Shown: positions 57,067-64,000 of the stretch, piece by piece | Position numbering within the stretch: the first letter of the stretch is position 1 | Layout of the letters: each line of letters opens with the position of its first letter | Origin: Epithemia pelagica | Lineage: Eukaryota > Protista > Bacillariophyta | Assembly (NCBI GenBank): GCA_946965045.2 | Contig: OX337242.1 | Span: 1,054,001-1,118,000, forward strand | Direction: 5' to 3' | Length of the DNA stretch: 64,000 bases | Notes under the pieces: model-generated | What the model saw: the letters and a program-made list of their open reading frames with translations, nothing else | Databases searched by the model: none | What the model was told of the DNA's origin: nothing | Program-made: the position numbers and the translations under genes

Positions 57067-58599
57067 ATGGCTGAACCTGCTCCTCCTGGCCCTCCTGTCG
57101 CTGACCCCGACGCTCCTCCGGCGCCTCCTACAGCTGCGCAACTACTTACGCAGTTAAACACCTACTTCGAGAATGTGTTGTTGATTTCCGACCAAGGAGT
57201 CCGCGACACTTTGAATGGACAAGGATTAGTGTCTATCAGCGATTTTGAAGGTCTCACGGAAGAAGACATCGCTGAAATCTGTAACAACGCTCGGAAGCCA
57301 GGGGGAACGATACCTAACCCTGCTTATGATGCCGCTGCACCTGTCGCTGGCGTACCCCAAACAATCACAAATCCAGGTGTCCTCGTCGGCCATGTCATTG
57401 AGAAGCGTTTGAAGATGGTTCGCTACTATGTTCACCACCTCAAGAAAATCTCTAGGGATTTTGATCCAGGAGCAAATCACGCGAACTTACAAGGCTTACA
57501 AGACTTGTATCGCTTCAAGACCAGTGAAGAGGAATATGACAACGACATCGAACTCCCCGAACGTCTTACTGCGGTGGAGAATATTCGAGTCGTCCTTGAA
57601 GACTTAGATGATTATCTCGAGCGCAAACGTGGTTGTACCGGAATCCCTTTAGCCGCGTACACCCGTACGATGCAAACGATTCCCCCAACGAATATGGACG
57701 CTGGCTATGGACGCCCAAGCATTTCGGCAGAATTGATACGTCGTGCTCCCCACAGCGGACGCACTGCCCTCACTGACAATGAGGCAGTTTGGGATGCAAT
57801 CCGTCACGTAACCCATGATGGACCAGGCTGGGGATGGGTACAGGCCTTCAGTCGTACAAGGAATGGTAGGCAAGCATACTTGGCCCTAAAGACTCACTAT
57901 TTCGGGGATGCCTACCAAACAAGACTCCGTGCAAAAGCTGATCAGGCGTTGGAAACCAACTACTACGACGGAACAAAACGTCATTATACTTATGAGAAGT
58001 ATATTGAGTCCTTACAAAGGGCTTTTACCGATCTCGAAAGTACAGGAGAATTTGTCAGTAACGAGCGGAAAGTTCGAGTCCTCATGACTGGAATTCACGA
58101 TCCTAGATTGGAGAGCGCTAAGAATACTATCTTGGCCACTCCGGAACTAAGAGTCTCTTTCGAGACTGCCTCGAATTATATGGCTGAGGTCCTTGATAAC
58201 AAGGTTTCTTATAGCGCAACGACAAGAAAGGCAAGAATCTCCGCTGTGCAAACGAACAATAAGAAGAACAACGGGGGGACGCCAAATAACAAGAACAAGA
58301 AAAAGACCATCCAAGACAATGAGGCGTTCAATCCCAACCGGTATTTCCCGTTCAGACAATGGATAAAGCTCTCTAAAGAGCAACAAGAAATGGTACGAAG
58401 CGTCAGAGACGCGCAGAATAGTAGCACCAAGAAGAGAACTGCATCTGCTATCCGTTCTGGAAGAAAGAAACAGAAGACAGAAAATGGTTCGACCACAACG
58501 ACAGAAGACTCTCTCAGTAGCGATGGGGAGAATGAAGAAAAGGAAGCAGGTATTGGAGCAATCATGAGTCAGAGGAAGAAGGGCAAGAACAAGGTCTGA
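57067..58599 (+). CDS. Copia 3 Gag
   Basis: 510-aa ORF with GIPLAAYTR and RNGRQAYLALKTHYFG. Homologous to Copia 1 Gag. Confidence 0.88.
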   Translation: MAEPAPPGPPVADPDAPPAPPTAAQLLTQLNTYFENVLLISDQGVRDTLNGQGLVSISDFEGLTEEDIAEICNNARKPGGTIPNPAYDAAAPVAGVPQTITNPGVLVGHVIEKRLKMVRYYVHHLKKISRDFDPGANHANLQGLQDLYRFKTSEEEYDNDIELPERLTAVENIRVVLEDLDDYLERKRGCTGIPLAAYTRTMQTIPPTNMDAGYGRPSISAELIRRAPHSGRTALTDNEAVWDAIRHVTHDGPGWGWVQAFSRTRNGRQAYLALKTHYFGDAYQTRLRAKADQALETNYYDGTKRHYTYEKYIESLQRAFTDLESTGEFVSNERKVRVLMTGIHDPRLESAKNTILATPELRVSFETASNYMAEVLDNKVSYSATTRKARISAVQTNNKKNNGGTPNNKNKKKTIQDNEAFNPNRYFPFRQWIKLSKEQQEMVRSVRDAQNSSTKKRTASAIRSGRKKQKTENGSTTTTEDSLSSDGENEEKEAGIGAIMSQRKKGKNKV

Positions 58600-61500
58600 C
58601 GATCGGTCAGTACATTAGCCAGTGACGTTACGGCCAAAGTCGCCACATGCGAATTGGACAGTCATGCCGACACATGCTGTTTAGGAAATGTTTGCCTTGT
58701 TCTTTACGAGACAGACAAGGCAGAGGTCAGTGGCTTCACAAACACTCTCGGTAGCATCAAAGAAACACCGATTGTAACAGGTGTTGTCGCATACAACGAT
58801 CAAGCAACTGGTGAAACGTACCTCTTATACTTCCACCAATCTTTGCATCTCCCGATGATGGACAAGTGCTTGTTAAATCCCAACCAAATGAGGGAAGCAG
58901 GACTTACAGTCAATGACGTGCCGTTAAAATACTTGCTGGCAGATGAAAGAAAAGCAACTTCCCATTCGATCGTCGCCCCATTGAGTGATAGTAATGAGAA
59001 ACTTGTCATCCCTTTTGATTTGATCGGAGTGATGAGTAGCTTGACCGTAAGGAAACCAACATGGGACGAAATACGCGACATCGATCCAATGAACAGAATC
59101 CAAATGACGAACCAATCCCCAGAATGGAGTCCGAATGACTCAACTGAAGACGTTGATGAAAGTAAACTCCGAGTTGATTTGGGTAATGATTTGATCAGGG
59201 AAAAGGAACCAAGAACTTTACACCAAAGAATGGCCCGAATGGTGCGTGTAAATACAAGAGCGATAGCCGATATACGGCATCGAAGAAAGGGGACAATTGA
59301 TCCCATAACGCTGTCATCAAGATGGGGGATAGGGATCCCGACAGCCGAGAAGACATGTGCTGCGACAACACAGCTGGGAGTGAGAGATTTCTCTGACTCA
59401 GTTGGCAGCAAAAGGTTGAAGCATACCGCTTACCAACTCAAGCACCGAAGGTTAAGAGCAGATGTGTATACAGACACTCTGTTTTCTGACACCAAGTCTT
59501 TGGCCCAAAACACTTGTGGGCAGATATTCGCGACAGACTTTGGCTGGGTTCAATTCTACCCAATGATAAGGAAGAAGGATACACACGCCACGTTGGAAAG
59601 GGCGTTCAATGATTTTGGCATCTTCAATAGCGTAATTCCGGATAATGCACCGGAACAAACCAGTGGGCAATTCAGGAAAACTGCCCATAAGTTCGGTTGC
59701 CGAATTCGGCCCATAGAGGCTTGGACGCCGAACCAAAACTTGGCAGAAGCGAACATTCGAGAATTAAAACGAATGTACCGCCGAGAGATGAAGAGAACTA
59801 ACTGCCCCGCGGTCCTTTGGGACCATTGTTTGGAACTGATGGCTAAGAGACGGTCCCATACCGTTCTGACATCAAGTCCTCTAATGGAAGGCCCTCCTAT
59901 GAAGATCCTAACTGGGGATACACCGGATATTTTGCACTTAGTCGAGCACCGTTGGTACGATCCGGTTTGGTATTCTAACCCAGGATTTGAAGGAAGAAAA
60001 TTGGGGCGGTGGCTAGGACCGAGTGACAGTGTTGGCCAAGCCATGAGCAGTAAGATACTCACGGCCAAAAGAAAGATCGTTCACAGAACCTCTGTTTGGC
60101 CACTGTCAGTGGAGAAATCTCACGATGAGACTTTCACCGCACAGAAGGAGCAGTTCAACGACTCGCTCAGAGAAGCATTAGGAAACAGAGCAGATGGATT
60201 ACCTCCAGGGGACGAAGACGAGCCGGACGAATACAATACGGCGACTCCCCATTATGAGGCCTATGAAGACGACGAACAAGGAGACGTGCGTAAACCCGAC
60301 ATGGATGAGCACAAGGTTGACTCGTATGATAAGCTTATCTCTGCAAAGGTAATGCTTCCTCTGGGAGATTCTTTAAGATCAGGCCAAGTCAAGCGACGCA
60401 AAAGAGATTCCGAAGGTAACTTGGTTGGGCGTGCATCCTCTAATCCGTTCCTCGACACCTCGATGTATGAGGTAGAGTTTCAAGACGGACATGTGGAATC
60501 TTATGCAGCCAACTTGATAGCGAAAAATATCTACGAGCAATTAGACGATGAAGGAAACAAATATCGTCTCATCGATCAAATCATAGATCACAAGAAAGAT
60601 GCATTGGCGATTCCCTTATCCAATGGCACTATAATGCTAAATGGAAGGGAACACAAGAAACGTACGACGAGAGGATGGTCAATCTGTGTGCAGTGGCGTG
60701 ACGGTACAACCAGCTGGGAGTACCTAAAGGATTTGAAAGAATCAAACCCTCTGGAAGTAGCAGAATACGCAGTGGCAAACTTGCTCGATAAAGAGCCAGC
60801 TTTCGCATGGTGGGTCAATTTTGCTCTAAAGCGACGGGATCGATTGATTAAGGCAGCCAAGACAACGCGATATATGCGAAAATGGCAGAAGTATGGGATC
60901 GAAATCCCTAAGACAGTCGAACGGGCGTTGGAAATTGATAAGGAGACAGGGACTGATTTCTGGGCTAAAGCCCTCCGTCTGGAAATGTCGAAAATTTTCC
61001 CGGCCGTCAAGATATTAAATGAAGGTGCTCAACACCCAGTTGGGCATCAGATGATTCCATGCCACATCGTTTTCGATGTGAAAATGGATTTCATAAGGAA
61101 AGCACGTTTCGTGGCAGGCGGCCATAAGACTCAAGAACCAGAGACCCCAACGTACGCTAGCGTGGTATCAAGGGAAAGCATCAGAATTGGGTTTCTCTTA
61201 GCTCCTTTGAATGATATCGAAGTAATTGCCGCCGATATTGCTGGTGCTTACCTTAATGCGCCGTGCCATGAGAAGATCTGTTTCAAGTGCGGATTGGAAT
61301 TTGGAAAGGAATATGAAGGACGGTTCGCAATAATCACCAAAGCCCTTTATGGCCTCAAGACTAGTGCCTTTGCTTGGCGAGAGCACCTATCAACTACCTT
61401 ACAAGAGTCCCTTGGGTTTAGCCCTTGCCGGGCTGACCCAGATGTTTATCTTAGGGCAGCGACGAAACTGGATGGCACAAGGTACTACGAGATGGTCTTC

Positions 61501-62583
61501 ATTTATATAGACGATGTGCTCGTACTATCAAACCAAGGGAAAGAGATTCTTAACGTGCTTGACCAGCATTATCTGCTAAAGCCGGATTCCATTGGACCAC
61601 CGAAATTGTATCTTGGAAACCAAGTCGAGACCTTCGACATTGAAGGGGATACTTCAAAGCGGTGCTGGGCTTTAAGCTCAAGACGGTATGCCAAGGAAGC
61701 CATCAGAAATGTCCAAAATTGGATGGAGTCAAGAAGAATGCAATTCAAAACGAGAACAGCAGGTGTTCTTCCAGCAAACTATCGTCCAGAGCTTGACACG
61801 AGTGCTTATTGTGATCATGATTGGATGAATTTCTTTCAGCAACAAATGGGAGTGTTGAGATGGTAAGTCGAGTTGGACCGTATTGACATTACGGCTGAAG
61901 TATCGATGTTAGCGGCATTTTTGGCTGGACCAAGGGAAGGACACGTACATGCGATGCTACATATTTTCGCGTATATTAATACGCATGATCGTTCAAGGTT
62001 GGTCCTTGACCCCAGTTACATTACACATGGGGAAGAACCAAACGTAGACTGGAATTCTTTTTACCCCGATGCAAATGAGGAGATTCCACCAGACTGCCCA
62101 GAACCACTGGGTAAATCTGTGCAAATGACAGCATTTGTCGATTCTGACCATGCTGGTGATTTAGTGACGAGGAGATCAAGAACAGGTATATTGATCTTCT
62201 TAAACAGGGCGCCTGTAAATTGGTACAGTAAGAAGCAGACCAGTGTGGAGACATCCACTTTTGGGTCTGAGTTCATGGCCCTTAAAGTCGGCATTGAGAT
62301 GATCAAAGGTTTAAGGTACAAGTTGAGGATGATGGGTGTTCCCCTAGAAGGGCATACACATGTCCGAGTGGACAACATGTCTGTGGTGCAGAATAGTTCG
62401 AAACCATCTTCTACACTGCGAAAGAAATCGAATGCAATTGCGTATCATTTTGTCCGTGAGAACGTTGCTAACGGAACATGTCGCATTGCTTACGAACCAT
62501 CACGTACTAACCTTGCCGACCTTTTGACAAAGATCCAATCAGGAAGTGAGAGGACAAGGTTGGCCTCTTTGATCCTATATTAG
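58600..62583 (+). pseudogene. Copia 3 Pol with one internal nonsense codon (TAA 61864-66)
   Basis: ELDSHAD protease, integrase DDE (YTDTLF, PDNAPE, AEANIRE), RT (ADIAGAY, IYIDD), RNase H (VDSDHAG). LRW*VEL corresponds to LRWIVEL in Copia 1. Confidence 0.88.
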
Positions 62584-62807
62584 TGCGTTTCCCACTGTAT
62601 TGATAGCAGGGTCGGGTACGTCCTGTACTTGTTATGGAGCAAGCTTTAAACAGGTTGAGGAGGAATGAGATATACTTGGACACGATTACCCTATCAAATG
62701 GCCAGTGAATCGCGAGGGGACCGAGAAATGGTCGCGGTTATGGGCGAGAATTTAGCGAAGGATAGGCCCTCTAGGATAGAGGAATGTAATAGTCACTCTT
62801 TTAAAAT

Positions 62808-63716
62808 ATGACCCAACATCATGACCGAATTTTGCCTCCGCTGCAATCTCTGTTGCCACCAGCACATGTTTGTTCGGTCCGCAGGTCACCTTCGGTCCTC
62901 ATGTCAGCAACAGCAGCTTCGGTATCGGTGGTCTACCTGGAGGAAAATACGAAACAGGTTTCTTGTCGGCTTGATGTGGCCGCAACCATGACAGCCTCTC
63001 ATAGCAGCGACTCGGCGGAAAGGAAAGTCAGATTTACTGACGAACACCAAACAATATTAATTGAACAAATCGAGGAGCTCGATGTTGAATCGATATGGTT
63101 TACGCCGGAGGACTACTTTGAGATCAAAGCGCAGACGAGACTTGAATCGAAGGACTGGCGGAGGAAAGGCTACGGTGTTCTGTTAAAGGAAACTTTTGAG
63201 AATCCAATGGACGAAGCGCAGGACTATTTAAATGCGTTTTGTCAACTTGAAGATGCGCTCTCACGAAGAGGTCTAGAGAGACACTTGTCACGGCGCCACG
63301 GGGAAGAAAGATCAGACTTGAAGGACAGAGCACGGTATTGTGTTTTATCGCACCAACGGAGACTCAAGCGAGATGGTATGAAAATTCATGAAATGGAGGA
63401 TCAATTGGCGAAAATATACGAAGACATCAGTCGATGTGCCAAGGTTTTTGCACGGAGAATAGCCAAGGCAGATGAATTGGTTGTCGTGGAGGGATCGACA
63501 AATGAGCCAGCAAATTCAATCGTAGACGAAAATGAGGTGACCGAGGGTGGACGCAAAATGGAACGGCGTATGTCCAACTTTTCGGTTAAATCAGGAAATT
63601 CCCTGGACTCCTTTCGAATGCCACCGTCTGGAAGTGCGACACCAAGATCGCAGAAAGGAAACTGTCCTTCAAGCCCGGCATCTCCAACTGAAGAATACTA
63701 TGCAGCGATCGCATGA
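62808..63716 (+). CDS. Diatom-specific hypothetical protein (KVRF..WF..RGLE family); current start codon lies in the 3' LTR
   Basis: KVRF, SIWFTPEDY, RRGLE, CVLSHQ, SRCAKVFARRIAKAD. The native 5' codons (MHLCVVP, ATG 56487) are stranded left of Copia 3. Confidence 0.8.
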   Translation: MTQHHDRILPPLQSLLPPAHVCSVRRSPSVLMSATAASVSVVYLEENTKQVSCRLDVAATMTASHSSDSAERKVRFTDEHQTILIEQIEELDVESIWFTPEDYFEIKAQTRLESKDWRRKGYGVLLKETFENPMDEAQDYLNAFCQLEDALSRRGLERHLSRRHGEERSDLKDRARYCVLSHQRRLKRDGMKIHEMEDQLAKIYEDISRCAKVFARRIAKADELVVVEGSTNEPANSIVDENEVTEGGRKMERRMSNFSVKSGNSLDSFRMPPSGSATPRSQKGNCPSSPASPTEEYYAAIA

Positions 63717-64000
63717 TGTGCGAGACAGGAAACGAGTCACTTATGAGGTCTTATTGCGCATCCTACGGGCTCGTCTGGCTTTACCAAACCCTACGAACGT
63801 GGGGTTCTGTTCGAATGGGATTGTAAATTCCACATGGCTGATGGTTGGAAAATGCATTACGGACCATAACGATGATTACTGTGGACATGTTCATTAGCAG
63901 CATTTCTCGCGTTTTGTGTCAAGCAACGAAGGTTCGAGCAGACGATATGCACAGTATCATTTCGCGGCGGCTTGCGGAATTGCGGGCAAGTACGTTTTAT

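Larger units (their letters stand above)
56509..62834 (+). mobile_element. Ty1/Copia (CoDi-like) LTR retrotransposon 3, inserted in the 5' end of a host ORF
   Basis: Identical 113-bp LTRs CGAGAAAT..GAATTTTG (56509-56621, 62722-62834). PBS GTTTATCAGACCCA at 56622. PPT GAGGGGA. Flanked by CCTC. Confidence 0.95.

Overview
Eukaryotic nuclear DNA, most likely from a pennate diatom. This is inferred from short GT-AG introns, a diatom-type cyclin, CoDi-like Copia elements and an AFAP plastid-targeting motif. About 14 host genes are present (aminopeptidase N, a His-phosphatase, LSM12, KDSR, RIO2, a type II peroxiredoxin, a split MenA-like prenyltransferase, an ankyrin protein, a TKL-like kinase, a cyclin and lineage-specific hypotheticals). 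Ten mobile-element insertions, counting a nested MITE pair as one, cover about 38 kb (~59%). They are two Copia LTR retrotransposons, one non-autonomous LTR element, a complete Ngaro-like tyrosine-recombinase retrotransposon, a two-gene PIF/Harbinger element, MITEs, and a 6.1-kb TIR element. The most striking candidate is the 6.1-kb element: its transposase carries the full RAG1/Transib motif series, it has a convergent partner gene, and it appears to make a TA duplication. Second, all three coding retroelements join gag and pol in frame across a single UGA, two of them with a 3' stem-loop. The LTR elements also share an unusual primer site resembling a tRNA anticodon arm, and two have C...G instead of TG...CA ends. 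All family assignments come from motif recognition by eye; no searches were run.
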